This document shows positions 39,827 to 51,859 of a DNA stretch of 64,000 nucleotides, piece after piece (position 1 is the first letter of the stretch; every line of letters begins with the position of its first letter). The stretch lies in contig OY970340.1 of assembly GCA_963717465.1 (NCBI GenBank), positions 448,001 through 512,000 of the forward strand, written 5' to 3'. Both the position numbers and the translations under genes were made by a program. This stretch comes from Candidatus Bathyarchaeota archaeon (GTDB lineage Archaea; Thermoproteota; Bathyarchaeia; Bathyarchaeales; Bathycorpusculaceae). The notes beneath the pieces are model-generated. The model saw nothing but the letters and a program-made list of their open reading frames with translations, did no database searches and was not told the origin of the DNA.

Positions 39827-41227
39827 TTAGGTTATGTATTTCTTGTTGACTTCTTCTAGCCAAGGATACAGTTTGTGAAGTTTTTTCATTGATTCTTCAA
39901 CTTTTTCTGCGGGGTAATCACAGGGTTTCAGTTTGCCGCTGAAGTATTCGTCGTAAGCTGCCATATCAAAGAAGCCGTGTCCGCATAGCACGAAGAGAAT
40001 TGTTTTTGCTTCGCCTGTTTTTTTGCATCTTAGAGCTTCGTCTACGACGCCTTTGATTGCGTGTGCAGGTTCAGGTGCTGGAATGATGCCTTCTGTTTGG
40101 ATGAAGAGTTTTGCAGCGTCGAAGACTTCAGTTTGGTTGAAGGCTTCAGTTGTCATTTGTTTTTCTTTGACGAGTACGCTTATTGTTGGAGCAATTCCAT
40201 GATATCTAAGGCCGCCTGCGTGGATAGGCGCTGGAATGAAATCATGTCCTATAGTGTGCATTGGTACCAAGGGTGTTAATCTCGCCGTGTCTCCATGATC
40301 ATATTGATAATATCCCTTGGTAACTTTGGGACATGCCATAGCTTCTGTGGCAACAAATTTTATGTCCTTAGGGGCTTTCTTTGAAACTTTGTCGTAGTAG
40401 AAGGGCCACATTATTCCAGAGTAGCTGCTGCCGCCGCCTATGCAACCGTAAATGATGTCTGGGTAATCATCGACCATTTCAAGCTGCTTCTTTGCTTCTA
40501 GACCTTCGACAGTTTGATGCATGCAAACATGGTTAAAGACGCTGCCTATGGCATAGTTAGCTTCTGCTTCGTTAACTAGTGCATCTTCAACGGCTTCGCT
40601 GATAGCTATGCCTAAGCTGCCTTTGTTATCAGGGTCTTCTGCCAGTATTTTTCTGCCTGCTTCAGTATGTTTGCTTGGGCTAGCGTAGACTTCGCCGCCG
40701 AAAGCGTTCATTAGCATTTTGCGGTAGGGTTTTTGGTCATAGCTTGCTCGAACCATGTAAACTGTGGCTTTTAACCCGAATATCATAGCCGCAAAAGATA
40801 AAGCTGAACCCCATTGACCAGCACCTGTCTCTGTTGTTAATCGTTTTGTGCCTTCTTTCATGTTGTAGAAAGCTTGAGGAACAGCAGTGTTGGGTTTGTG
40901 GCTTCCCGCTGGACTTGTGCCTTCGTACTTGTAGTAAATTTTAGCGGGAGTTTTCAGAGCTTTCTCAAGACCTGTTGCTCTGAACAGGGGTGTTGGTCTC
41001 CAGATCCTGTATACTTCGCGTACCTCTTCAGGTATGTCTATCCAGCGGTCTTGGCTTATTTCTTGACCGATTATTGCTTTTGGAAATATTCTGGGGACAA
41101 TCCCGACTCCGGGCTGTTTTGTTTGAGGGTCTATGAATGGAGGAAGAGGATGAGGTAGGTCTGGTACAATGTTGTACCATTTCTTTGGGATATCTTCCTC
41201 GTTAAGAAGTATTTTTTTAGATACCAT
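39827..41227 (-). CDS. trpB2: Tryptophan synthase beta chain 2
   Basis: [27 protein letters not shown] and HAGGLRYHG. Confidence 0.95.
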   Translation of the reverse strand: MVSKKILLNEEDIPKKWYNIVPDLPHPLPPFIDPQTKQPGVGIVPRIFPKAIIGQEISQDRWIDIPEEVREVYRIWRPTPLFRATGLEKALKTPAKIYYKYEGTSPAGSHKPNTAVPQAFYNMKEGTKRLTTETGAGQWGSALSFAAMIFGLKATVYMVRASYDQKPYRKMLMNAFGGEVYASPSKHTEAGRKILAEDPDNKGSLGIAISEAVEDALVNEAEANYAIGSVFNHVCMHQTVEGLEAKKQLEMVDDYPDIIYGCIGGGSSYSGIMWPFYYDKVSKKAPKDIKFVATEAMACPKVTKGYYQYDHGDTARLTPLVPMHTIGHDFIPAPIHAGGLRYHGIAPTISVLVKEKQMTTEAFNQTEVFDAAKLFIQTEGIIPAPEPAHAIKGVVDEALRCKKTGEAKTILFVLCGHGFFDMAAYDEYFSGKLKPCDYPAEKVEESMKKLHKLYPWLEEVNKKYIT

Positions 41228-41281
41228 TACAATCGCCTTTGGGTTTGGAATGTTACTTAAACGCTTTATTTAAAGCTTACG

Positions 41282-41350
41282 TGTACACAATCATACATTT
41301 AATTCAAACTTAAACCAACACATTTATACCACAACGTACAAAAATATACA
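41282..41350. promoter_or_regulatory. Two pairs of TRP-box-like hexamers in the trpB2/trpY divergent promoter
   Basis: TGTACA(41282)-N4-CATACA(41292) and CGTACA(41335)-N4-TATACA(41345). Confidence 0.6.
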
Positions 41351-41361
41351 CTGACCAAGAT

Positions 41362-41865
41362 ATGTGGAATACAATCAAAAAACATTTTCACGATTATCCA
41401 GAAAGACTCAAAGTTGCTCGAGTACTTGTAGAAAACGGATTAAGCATAAAAGGCAACAAAATCTACCTCAACCAAATTGAAATCCCGCCAGTACGCATAG
41501 CAAGAGTTGCCGGCGTAGACAGGCGAACAGTAAACGAAACCATAGAAGACGTCAAATCTAACCCCGAACTAAAATTCATATTCGAAGAAATTCGACCCGC
41601 AGGGCCCTCGCTAAAAGAAATCGCAAAACCGCTAAACCTGGGGGTTGTGGAGATAACAGTTGAAAACGCCAGAGCCCCAGGAATCTTGTCAAACGCAGCA
41701 TCAATCCTTAACAAAGCTGAATTAAGCATAAGACAAGCCATCGTAGACGACCCTGAACTTTCCCCAGAACCAAAATTAACACTGATAGCTGAGAAAAAAA
41801 TCCCCGGAGAACTAATATCAGAAATACTCAAGATTCCAGGAGTATCCAAAGTATCAGTATACTGA
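41362..41865 (+). CDS. trpY: TrpY-like ACT-domain regulator (COG2150)
   Basis: MW..I...F..YP.R..VA, IAR.AGVDRRTV and ACT domain PGILS...ISIRQ..DP. Divergent from trpB2. Confidence 0.75.
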   Translation: MWNTIKKHFHDYPERLKVARVLVENGLSIKGNKIYLNQIEIPPVRIARVAGVDRRTVNETIEDVKSNPELKFIFEEIRPAGPSLKEIAKPLNLGVVEITVENARAPGILSNAASILNKAELSIRQAIVDDPELSPEPKLTLIAEKKIPGELISEILKIPGVSKVSVY

Positions 41866-42013
41866 CCCAACGCTCAAAAACGATAAAATAAAATTAAATA
41901 TGGTTTAGGCAAAATTAAGGCAAAACTTTATCAAGCTTCTCAAGTCTTTTTAGAAAAACTTATATTGTAATGATGCTTTTTGTGTTGTTCGCGTTAAAAG
42001 AGGTTACTTGATT

Positions 42014-43658
42014 ATGGCATCACAAACTCAAGCAGGCGGAGTGCCCGTTATCGTAATAAGAGATGACGGTAGAAGATCCCGCGGAGCAGAGGCGCAGCAT
42101 GGTAACATAACTGCAGCCAAGGTTATTGTTGAGAGCGTAAGAAGCTCTTTAGGTCCAAAAGGTATGGATAAAATGTTGGTTGATAGCTTCGGGGACATCA
42201 CAATAACAAGCGATGGTCGCACAATTCTTGATGAAATGGATGTTCAACACCCAGCGGCTAAAATGCTGGTTGAAGTTGCTAAAGCACAAGACAACGAAGC
42301 TGGAGACGGAACAACATCTGCTGTTATAATTGCAGGCGAACTTTTGAGCAGAGCAGAAGAATTACTGGATAAGAAAATTCATCCAACAATTATTATTGAA
42401 GGATATAAGAAAGCGGCTGAGAAAGCCCTTGAAACTTTGGATAAAATCGCGTTACCGGTAGATTTGAAATCACCCGAGTACTTGAAGAAAACGGCAGTTA
42501 CGACGATGGCCAGCAAAGTAGTTGCTGAATTCAAAGAATACTTAGCAGACATAGCAGTAAAAGCAATGTTGGAAGTTGCAGAAATAAAAGATGACATCCA
42601 CAATGTAGATATCGATGATGTAAGAGTTGAAAAGAAAACAGGCGGATCCTTAAGCGACACAACGTTAGTTAAAGGCTTAGTCTTAGACAAAGAAATCGTT
42701 CACAGCGGAATGCCCAAACGAATTGAAAAAGCAAAAATTGCCTTGCTGGATATGGCGTTGGAAAATGAAAAACCAGAGTTCGATGCAAAAATTAACATTG
42801 AAAATCCAGATCAAATGAAGGCTTTCCTCAAGGAAGATGAAGCAATGCTCAAAAGCATGGCTGACAAGATAGCAGCTACTGGGGCAAACGTCGCGATTTG
42901 CCAAAAAGGCATCGATGACATGATGCAACACTTCCTTTCCAGAAAAGGAATAATGGCAGTTAGACGGGCAAAGAAATCCGATATGGAGAAACTAGCCAAA
43001 GCTACTGGTGGAAAAATAGTTTCTAACCTTGATGCACTTTCATCTGAAGATCTTGGCTTTGCAGCGTTGATTGAGGAACGAAAAATAGGCGATGACAAAA
43101 TGACTTTCGTCGAAGGATGTAAACATCCCAAAGCAGTCACCATTCTTATTAGAGGCAGCACGCAGCGGATGACTTCTGAAGCAGAACGCTCATTGCATGA
43201 TGCATTGTGTGTTATTCAAGATTTAATTAAAGATCCCAAAATTGTTGCAGGCGGCGGTGCCCCAGAGATGGAAATGGCAAACGTGCTTAGAAAGTACGCT
43301 GAGACTTTTCCAGGCAGAGAACAACTTGCAGTTCGAGTGTTCGCTGACGCGTTGGAGACTATAGCAACAACTCTTGCTGAAAACGCAGGTTTAGACCCTG
43401 TTGACATACTGTCAGAATTACGGTCAAAGCATGAAAAAGGCGAAACATGGGCAGGAGTAGAAGTCAACGACGGTAAAATATATGACATGTCTAAAAAAGG
43501 CGTTTTCGAACCCTTAGCCGTGAAAAAACAAATAATCAAATCCGCAAACGAAGCTGCATCCATGATTCTTAAAATTGATGACATGATCGCCTCTGGCAAG
43601 CAAAAAGCACCTCCTTCACGAGCAGCCGGAATGCCTGGCACATGCTGGAGAATTTTAA
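42014..43658 (+). CDS. Thermosome (group II chaperonin) subunit
   Basis: [16 protein letters not shown] and ILKIDD. The C-terminal GMPG tail is probably frameshifted, with true stop near 43656. Confidence 0.95.
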
Positions 43659-43683
43659 GTGTCAAGTTTAGGCGGCGTATTAA

Positions 43684-43932
43684 GTGTCAACTCAAAAAAT
43701 AACGGTTGGACCACCAAAAATAACTCGTTTCGAGAAGGCAAGGATAGTTGGGGCAAGAGCACTTCAAATCTCCATGGGAGCACCCATACTTGTTGATGAA
43801 GAAAACACTTTCAGTCCAATAGACATTGCTTTAAAAGAGCTTGAATCTGGAATCCTACCCATCACCATTAGAAGAACATTGCCAGATGGAACATTTCAAG
43901 ATATTCCCTTGAAGTGGCTTCTAACTCACTAA
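43684..43932 (+). CDS. rpoK: RNA polymerase subunit Rpo6/K
   Basis: TRFEKARIVGARALQISMGAP and LPITIRR.LPDG. Confidence 0.96.
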   Translation: MSTQKITVGPPKITRFEKARIVGARALQISMGAPILVDEENTFSPIDIALKELESGILPITIRRTLPDGTFQDIPLKWLLTH

Positions 43933-44407
43933 ATTTCTTTTCAAATTTTCGTTGCACCAAAGCTAAAGTGCTGTTTATTTTGTCCCAGTGTGCCCCAAGC
44001 CAGTAGACTTGACCACATATGCTGCATTTCCAAAACTTGTCATAATAGAGAAAAGTCTTCTTTTCAACTTCGTTTGCGATCGATTCTTTTGGTGCACGTT
44101 CAAGTTTGCCATTGCATTTTGCGCAACGAGACTTATCCATATCAACTGCCAAATGCAAATGGTACCTACTTGCTAATTCAGTCAGCCTTTCCGCTTCAGT
44201 TGTACCTGAAAGGTAAAACGCATCAATGTTTTTGGATATTGCCCGTTGATAAAGCTCCAAGTCTTTAGTCAGCAAAATGCGGTTTTCATCTTTTGCCACC
44301 TTTAAAAGTTGAGAATCCCCAAGTTGCGTGGAGTATTCAACATCTTGTCCCAACATGCGCAGCCATCGTGAAAGTTTTCCAAGCATTCCATCAGAAATAA
44401 ACTTCAC
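43868..44407 (-). CDS. Mut7-C RNase domain protein
   Basis: DGMLGKL.RWLRMLG, RILLTKD, RCAKCNG and CSICGQVYW.G.HW. The 3' end overlapping rpoK is uncertain. Confidence 0.88.
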   Translation of the reverse strand: MKFISDGMLGKLSRWLRMLGQDVEYSTQLGDSQLLKVAKDENRILLTKDLELYQRAISKNIDAFYLSGTTEAERLTELASRYHLHLAVDMDKSRCAKCNGKLERAPKESIANEVEKKTFLYYDKFWKCSICGQVYWLGAHWDKINSTLALVQRKFEKKFSELEATSREYLEMFHLAMFF

Positions 44408-45748
44408 GCGACGCCTCTCCGAATTACTTCTCCAGTTCCAGCTTTAGCAATTATTTCATTATCATCGTAAACTAATGTGCCTTTAACGTATGTTTTCACA
44501 GGTTTACCAACAACTTCCCAACCATCATAAGGAGAGAACTTTGCTTTTGACCTGAATTTTGAGGCATTGATCTTCCATTCCAATTTATGATCCACGATAG
44601 TTAAGTCAGCGTTTTTTCCTTGTTCTATACTGCCTCGGTCTTTAAGACCGAAAATTTCGGCTGGTTTCTCAGCCATAAGCTCAACTGCTCTAGTTAACGA
44701 TAACCGGTTCTTTTTAACCATGGTTAAAATGAGGGGTAACGTTGTTTCAAGACCTGGCACTCCGACTTTGACATCCCATACGCTGCTTGCTGATTTTTCT
44801 CTAAGAGCATGAGGAGCATGATCTGAGCCAATCACATCCACGGCCCGCTTGTAACGCCTTTCCATAGCGCTTCGATGGTGCTTTTGCTGCGAAGGGGAGG
44901 CGCCATAATCAACATTTGATTATTCTCTAAATCAGCATCGGATAATAGTAAATGGTTAGGGGTGACTTCGCAGGTTACTGTTTTAGAAGTTTTTTTGCTT
45001 TCTGCTATGGCGTTAAGGCTTTCTTGGCTTGTTATATGGCAAAAATGGAGATTTACATTGGTTGATAAGTTGTTTTTTAGCATTCGTTCAACGGCTTTTA
45101 ATTCAACTGCTTCTGTATGCGCCATAAGAAAAGCTGCGTTGTCAACTTGATTGTCACGTATCAGCTTTTTCTCGTTCGAAGACAATAGTTCTTTGTCCTC
45201 TGCGTGGACGGCTACTGGAACTTTTAATTGGCTAACTTTTAAAAAAGCATCATGCAACGCTTGATCATCATCAACGTCTAGGCCGCCTATTTGGCTGCCC
45301 ATGAAAAGTTTGAAGCCGAGAGCGCCCTGATTAACAATATCAACAATCTCATCTATTTCCGGTTGGGAAATTCTGAGTAAAAACCTACATTGACAAGAAT
45401 TCTTCTTGCGGCAGTTTTCATTCGTTCTTCTAAAGTTTTTTTACTCATAGTGACGGGGTTATTGTTTGGCATGTCTAAAACCGTTGTAAACCCTCCAGCT
45501 GCTGCTGCTGAGGTTCCTGTCCAAAAATCTTCTTTGTAGGCTTTTCCTTCATCTCGCAAGTGAACGTGAGGATCTATCAAACCAGGTAAGACCAAGAGAT
45601 GTTGAAGGTTGATTTTCTCGTCTGCATGGGGCATTTGAGTTTCTTTGCCTATTTTGAATATTTTGCCATCTTCTATCGCAATGCTGCAGTCAACTACTTG
45701 TTTTTTGAAGTAGGCTTTAGCGTTTGTTAAGACAATATCAACAATCAA
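44404..45748 (-). CDS. pyrC: Dihydroorotase (two frameshifts)
   Basis: PGLIDPHVHLR, DMPN, CEVTPNHL and SDHAPH. Split across three ORFs. Confidence 0.88.
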
Positions 45749-45838
45749 GTAAGTCACAGTCTAGTCTAATGGATAGCAAATAAATGATTAATTTAAGTTA
45801 TTTTAAGTTTAATTTAAAAACGGCAATTGTTATGAGAA

Positions 45839-46411
45839 TTATTCTTGAGCGAGTTCGATTCTGCATTCTTCACAGATGTTTTGACCATTCCTGTCTTTGA
45901 GGTTTTCAGAGTAAGCGTTACAGCGGTCACAGTAGCCGGAAAGGGGTGCTTCTTCGCATTCCTCAGCGTTACTATCCTCTATTCGGGTTGTTTCCTGCAT
46001 TATCTCGATTAGTTCAGGCATAACTCCGAGAACGTCTTTGCTCGTAATTATTCCGACAAGTTTACCTTTGTAAAAAACGGCGAGTCGTCTGACGTTCAGT
46101 CGATTCATTCTTCTTGCGGCTTCGCTTATAGTTGCGTCAGGTTCGATTGTGGCAAGAGGTGAAGTCATTATTTCCTTGGCTTTAACTGCGTCAGGCTTGA
46201 GGTTTTTAGCTAAAACTCTTATTACCAAGTCGCGTTCGGTTATGATACCTATGGATTTTCCTGCGTTATCTGTAACGATGATGGCGCCGAATTCGTGTTT
46301 ATCCATTATTTTTGCTACTTTATTTGAAGTATCATTTTCATCTATGGTTGTAACTGGGCTGCTCATTACGTCTTTGACGAGCATTTTTGTTCTTAGTCCA
46401 ATTTCGGTCAT
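45839..46411 (-). CDS. CBS-pair protein with C-terminal Zn ribbon
   Basis: VKDVMS, GIITERD, GIITSKD and CDRC...CEEC. Confidence 0.88.
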   Translation of the reverse strand: MTEIGLRTKMLVKDVMSSPVTTIDENDTSNKVAKIMDKHEFGAIIVTDNAGKSIGIITERDLVIRVLAKNLKPDAVKAKEIMTSPLATIEPDATISEAARRMNRLNVRRLAVFYKGKLVGIITSKDVLGVMPELIEIMQETTRIEDSNAEECEEAPLSGYCDRCNAYSENLKDRNGQNICEECRIELAQE

Positions 46412-46630
46412 CTTGATTTCACATCAATAATTTATCGGTTAAGTTCTCATGTTCATCTATAAGGAACGCGAATTTAAGAGTTGCTTAAATTTACGATTAC
46501 GGTTGTAAAAAAATAAAAACTTGTAAAACTGAAGAGGATATCAAACTATTTCTTGGCAAATTTAAGAGGCAAATATATAAGATAGTAAAGTTAATATTGA
46601 AAACAAAAAAAGAAAAGAGGTCTAAAATAA

Positions 46631-46925
46631 TTGCCATCTAAACGAAAAAGTCGAGGAAGAGCAAAGGGCAACAAAGGAAGCAGCAGCTTGGTTCAATGCG
46701 CCAATTGTGGCTCTATGGTGCCGCGTGACAAAGCGAAAAGGTCAACACGCCGGGTATCTTTCGTCGAGCCACAGTTAGCGAAAGAGCTTAGATCAGAAAG
46801 GAACATTCTTGTCCTCGTGGGTAGATACAAAGTACTATTGTATTTCATGCGCTGTTCATCGTGGCATCGTTAAAGTTAGAGCTGAAAACGAACGGCACTC
46901 AAGAGGATATAAGAGAAGATACTAA
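46631..46925 (+). CDS. rps26e: 30S ribosomal protein S26e (frameshift near 46797)
   Basis: MP.KRKSRGR.KG, CANCG..VPRDKA, then YYCISCAVHRGIVKVR in a shifted frame. Confidence 0.93.
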
Positions 46926-46929
46926 GCAA

Positions 46930-47532
46930 CTACATCTTTTTCTTTAACGACTTGTAAACATGTATTCCCCTTTGTATAACAGTGAGATTTGAAAGTATCG
47001 CTAACAAGATTATTCCATAGCCTAATACTGGTAGCCAGAAAAACGCGATTAAAGTTGCAGCTGCAAGAATAAGCATGCGTTCAGCTCTTTCAGCTAAACC
47101 GACCGATTCCATTTTTATGCCAGCTGCTTCGGCTCTCGCGCGGCTGTAGCTTACCAATACTGAACCAGCTATAGCGGCTAATCCCCAATAAAGATTGCAT
47201 AGTCCGCTTATTATTATGCCAGCGTAAACTGCTACATCAGCATACCTGTCAAGAAGGGAATCGAGGAAGCCTCCGAAGACTGTGGCTTGCTGATAAGTTC
47301 TGGCTATGATTCCATCCATTGTGTCACAGAAACCTGACGCTAAGAGAAGAATAAGAGCTAAAATAAGAAGCCAAGAAGATTGGTTGCCAGTAACCCCGTA
47401 TGTAACGGCTGAAGAAAGCGCAAGTATGAAACCTATAACACTGACACTGTTAGGAGTCAACCCTATTTTGTGTGCTGCTTTTGCTTCTGATGTTAGCATT
47501 TGTTGAACTTGTTTTTTGAGTTTAGTTAGCAA
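46930..47532 (-). CDS. CDP-alcohol phosphatidyltransferase (archaetidylinositol phosphate synthase-like)
   Basis: TPN, D.MDG.IAR...T.FGGFLDSLLDR..D, SYSRARAE and ERAER. Confidence 0.9.
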   Translation of the reverse strand: MLTKLKKQVQQMLTSEAKAAHKIGLTPNSVSVIGFILALSSAVTYGVTGNQSSWLLILALILLLASGFCDTMDGIIARTYQQATVFGGFLDSLLDRYADVAVYAGIIISGLCNLYWGLAAIAGSVLVSYSRARAEAAGIKMESVGLAERAERMLILAAATLIAFFWLPVLGYGIILLAILSNLTVIQRGIHVYKSLKKKM

Positions 47533-47723
47533 GGTAACATGCATCTCTAATTTTAGAGGACATTAGGGTTTGTTGATAGAAAAGCCTTTCTGATGAAGAA
47601 ATTTACACAAAAACATGGTTTGAAGCTGTTTTTAAGGTGATTTTGACCTTTTTTCAGTGAACTTATAAGGAAGAAAACATCTTAATACGGTACAACGCAA
47701 CAAACAAAAAGGAGATAGAGAAT

Positions 47724-48008
47724 ATGACTGAAAATGCAGATGTAATCTTCGTCGGAAACAAACCACCCATGAGCTATGTTTTAGCAATCATAACAAGCCT
47801 CTCCTCAGGGAATCAAAAAGAAATAACCTTGAAAGCCCGAGGTCAAGCAATAACTACTGCAGTTGACGTAGCTGAAATCGCAAGGAACCGGTTCGTTAAA
47901 GACCTTAAAGTGAGCAAAATCGCCATTGGGACCGCCGAGATGCCGCCGCGAGAGGGAGAGAGCAAGTCCAGAATGGTTTCCACGATGGAGATAACCCTAA
48001 GCAAATAG
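47724..48008 (+). CDS. Second Alba paralogue
   Basis: FVGNKPPMSYV, LKARGQAITTAVDVAE and VSTMEITL. Confidence 0.92.
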   Translation: MTENADVIFVGNKPPMSYVLAIITSLSSGNQKEITLKARGQAITTAVDVAEIARNRFVKDLKVSKIAIGTAEMPPREGESKSRMVSTMEITLSK

Positions 48009-48234
48009 ATCAAAGAAACTTTAAATGAAACTAATTCCAAAGTTTCTTTATTTTTTAGTTTAACAATAAACCATCCGTTTTTCGTGTTGTTTTTGCATTT
48101 TCATGAATAATGACAGATTAAAATGAGCTTTTTTGCACCGCAGAAGAGCTATTGATTTTTTAAGTCTCTAATTGAAGTGGCAATGGTAAGGTTAAATAGT
48201 TAAATGGATTAGTTAGAGAATTATTCGTGAGAGT

Positions 48235-49524
48235 ATGTTAGATATTAAGCTCATCCGGGAAAATCCTGACCTTGTAAAAGGTAATTTGGCTAAAAGAGGC
48301 AATTCTGACAACTTAAAGATGCTTGAGGAGTTAATCGTGCTTGATAAGCAGTGGCGATTAAACCTTACAAAGCTTAATGATTTGCGGCATGATCGAAAAC
48401 AGGTAACTATTGAAATCGCTAAACTCAAGAAAACTGGCGGTGACGCTGCAAGCCAAGTTGCTAAGGCAAAGGCAATTGATGAGCAAATTACGCTTCACGA
48501 AAAAGAAGTAGCTTCACAAGAGGAGAAAAGTCGAAATTACCTTATGAGACTTCCAAATTTACTCGATGACACGGTTCCCTATGGTAAAGATGATAATGAT
48601 AACATTCAAGTAAAGGCGTGGGGTGAAATCCCGAAATTCAGTTTTCCCGTTAAAAATCACATTGATTTAGCAATGGATCTTGATTTGATCGACATGGAAA
48701 GGGCTGGAAAGGTATCGGGTTCAAGGTTCTTCTACTTAAAGAATGAAGCAGCACTTCTTGACATGGCACTTATGCATTTCGCGATTGAAGAATTAACAAA
48801 AAAAGGGTATGTCCCCATTGTGCCTCCGCACTTGATGAATAAAGAAGCATACGAAGGCGTAACTGCATTATCAGATTTTGCTGATGTTCTCTACAAAGTT
48901 GAGGGTGAAAATCTCTACTTAATTGCGACTTCTGAGCACCCGATGGCGGCAATGTACATGAATGAAGTCTTAACAGAAAATGATTTGCCGTTGAAACTTG
49001 CTGGCATGAGCACTTGCTTTAGAAAGGAAGCAGGGGCACATGGAAAAGATACACGCGGCATTTTCCGCACACATCAATTCAACAAGATTGAACAGTTCAT
49101 TTTCTGCAAACCAGAAGACTCCCCAAAACTACATGAGGAACTGCTTTTGAACGCGGAGGAAATTTTGCAAAAAATCAATCTTTCATATCGCGTAGTTAAC
49201 GTTTGCACTGGAGACATCGGGACGGTTGCGGCAAAAAAATATGATATTGAGGCATGGATGCCAGCGCAGAATGGTTATAGAGAAGTTGTTTCATGCAGCA
49301 ACTGCACTGATTACCAAGCTAGGCGCTTGAACATTCGTTATAAAGAAAAAGAGGGCGCTCCAACTAAGGGTTTCTTGCATACACTTAACTCTACAGCAGT
49401 AGCCACGGGCAGAACCATAGTTGCTTTACTTGAAAATAATCAGCTAGAAGATGGTACTATAAATATACCTGAAAACTTGAGAAAATACATAGGTAACGCA
49501 GAAAAAATAGGCAAAAAACGCTAA
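48235..49524 (+). CDS. serS: Seryl-tRNA synthetase (bacterial/eukaryal type)
   Basis: LIATSE, CFRKEAG..G.DTRGIFR.HQF.K.EQF, EVVSCSNC.DYQARR and HTLNST. Confidence 0.96.
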   Translation: MLDIKLIRENPDLVKGNLAKRGNSDNLKMLEELIVLDKQWRLNLTKLNDLRHDRKQVTIEIAKLKKTGGDAASQVAKAKAIDEQITLHEKEVASQEEKSRNYLMRLPNLLDDTVPYGKDDNDNIQVKAWGEIPKFSFPVKNHIDLAMDLDLIDMERAGKVSGSRFFYLKNEAALLDMALMHFAIEELTKKGYVPIVPPHLMNKEAYEGVTALSDFADVLYKVEGENLYLIATSEHPMAAMYMNEVLTENDLPLKLAGMSTCFRKEAGAHGKDTRGIFRTHQFNKIEQFIFCKPEDSPKLHEELLLNAEEILQKINLSYRVVNVCTGDIGTVAAKKYDIEAWMPAQNGYREVVSCSNCTDYQARRLNIRYKEKEGAPTKGFLHTLNSTAVATGRTIVALLENNQLEDGTINIPENLRKYIGNAEKIGKKR

Positions 49525-49574
49525 ACCTTTTAATATTGCAATGAGAATCTTTGGGCACATTCGGTGTTTGAAAA

Positions 49575-50256
49575 TTGTCTTCAAAAGCGAAGCATGTACG
49601 TGATAAATGGCGTGGAAAATCATGGTTTAACGTTACTGCGCCATCGTTCTTTGGTAACGTTGATTTAGGTGCAGTGCCAGCTCAAGAGGAAGAACAATTA
49701 ATCGGTAGAGTCGTTGAGGCAACACTCTATGATATTACGGGTGATTTTTCTCATCATTACTTGAAAATGTTCTTTCAAATTAACGAAATTGATGGAAAGA
49801 CCGCTAAAACACTTTTTAAAGGTCATGAATACTCGACGAGATTACCTGCGAAGTCTAGTGAGAAGAAGAACCACAAAAGTTGATGGACTTTTCAACTTGG
49901 TTACTAAGGATGGTTACAAACTTAGAATCGCAGTTTCAGCCTTGACGCTTTCAAGAATAAAAACTTCGCAAGAAAAGATAATTCGCATCATCATGACAAA
50001 AATCATTAACGACAAGGCTGCAGCTTTAACGCTTGACCAGTTTGTTCAAGAGATGGTTCTTGGAAAAATTGCTTCAGACATCTATAACGAAGCTAAATCA
50101 GTTGCACCATTAAGGCATGTCGGCATAAGAAAATCAAAGTTGATCGGCCAACCAGCACAGGCTCAAAAGGCTAAGACGGCACAAACGGCAAAGCAGGAAC
50201 CGGAAGACGAGGAGCAAGAAGAAGAGGAAGAAGCTGCACAAGAAGAGGAAGAGTAG
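49575..50256 (+). CDS. rps3ae: 30S ribosomal protein S3Ae (frameshift near 49835)
   Basis: DKW..K.WF.V.AP..F, GRVVEATL.DITGD, RDYLRSLVRR and PLR.V.IRKSK. Confidence 0.93.
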
Positions 50257-50345
50257 CAAGTTATTATTCTAAATTTTTAAAAAACTCGTTAGATGCGTTT
50301 ATTTAGTCTATTTATTCCTTGTTGTATAAGTAGTGAGGGTTTGGT

Positions 50346-50808
50346 TTGGCTTCGAAAGCTGGTGTACATGAGAAAGGAACTTTTGACTATTTCTGACGTA
50401 ATAAGCAATGTCAAGAAAAGCAAGGATTTTGAAAAAGCAGGCGCGATAGGTCTTTTTATCGGTGTAGTCAGGGGAGAAACTGATGGGGAAAAAGTTGACA
50501 AGTTAACGTTGGAAGCCTATGATGAAAAAGCCAATGAGGTTTTAACTAAAATTTGTGATGAATTAACAGATGACCCAGGAATAGTTGATGTTCAGATTCA
50601 TCATTTAACTGGAGAATTTAAAGTTGGAGATGATTTGGTTTACGTTGCAGTAGCAGGTTCTCACCGGAATGATGTATTTCCAGTTTTACGCAAAGCAGTT
50701 GAAAGGTACAAAAGCGAAGCGCCGATATTCAAAAAGGAACACACTGTTGACTCAAAGGGCAAGTCTTCGGAATATTGGGTTTCAGAAAAAGGACACCATG
50801 AACACTAA
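50346..50808 (+). CDS. moaE: Molybdopterin synthase catalytic subunit
   Basis: GAI..F.GVVR, L.LEAY, H..G...VG, SHR and PIFKKE. Probable N-terminal indel. Confidence 0.9.
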
Positions 50809-50827
50809 GCGTTTAGCTGGAAAAACT

Positions 50828-51745
50828 ATGATTACAGCTCTTGCAGGCGGAGTTGGAGCAGCCAGGTTTCTAACTGGATTGCTCAAGCTTGTTCCCCAAG
50901 AAAATTTGACGGTTATTGTGAATACTGGCGACGACATTGAATTTCATGGCTTGCATGTTTCACCCAGATATTGACATCGTAACGTACACTTTAGCCGGTA
51001 TCGCCAATGAGGAAAAAGGATGGGGAATCAAAGGCGACACTTTTCAATGCCTTGAAATGCTTAAACGGTTTAATCAGGAAACATGGTTTGCCCTTGGCGA
51101 CAGAGATTTAGCTACAAGTATTCTTCGAACTGAACTTTTAGAAAAACGGGTTCACTTTATCCCAAGTTACATCAAAGATTACGCGTGATTTGGGTTTAAG
51201 CTTGAAAATTTTGCCCATGACAGATGACAAGTTTGAAACAAGAATCTCACGGATGTCGGGCTCTATTCATTTTCAAGAATTCCTGGTGAAAAGAGGAGCA
51301 AAAGACAAGGTTCTAGGCGTTGAATTTATCGGTGCCAAGGAGGCAAAACCCGCTCAAGGCGTAATTAATGCAATAAAGAATTCTGACTTAATCGTTATTT
51401 GCCCAAGCAACCCGATTGTTAGTATAGGCACAATTCTTTCAGTTAACGGCGTAAGAGAGGCAGTGAAAGAGGCAAAGGCAAGAAAAATTGCAGATTAGCC
51501 CTTTGATTGCTGGAGCACCCGTTAAGGGACCATTAGATAAACTGTTTATTGGTTTAGGCTTTGAAGTTTCAGGATTATCTGTTGCTAAGCTTTATTCTGA
51601 TTTCTTGGACACTTTCATAATAGACACTGTTGATGCAGCCGACAAAAATGAAATTGAGAAGTTAGGGATTAAAGTAAAAGTGACTAATACGTTGATGAAA
51701 GATCTTGAATGCAAAATAGATTTAGCTAAAACAGTTTTAGAGTAA
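50828..51745 (+). CDS. cofD: 2-phospho-L-lactate transferase (several frameshifts)
   Basis: LAGGVGAARF, VNTGDD, PDID.V.YTLAG, LGDRDLAT, HFQE and PSNPIVSIG. Confidence 0.9.
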
Positions 51746-51859
51746 ACAGTACTAATATGAACCACTGCTCAGAAAAACTTGCAACTTCATTTTTTTTAAA
51801 GAAAACAGGTATTAGGGGAACCCATTTTGGATTCTCATCGATTTTTGGTCACTGCGAGC

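Noticed and set aside
43659..43702. Unusual thermosome C-terminal extension overlapping rpoK
   Set aside because: Best explained by an indel in the GMPG tail; a shifted frame gives ...GEF* at 43658.
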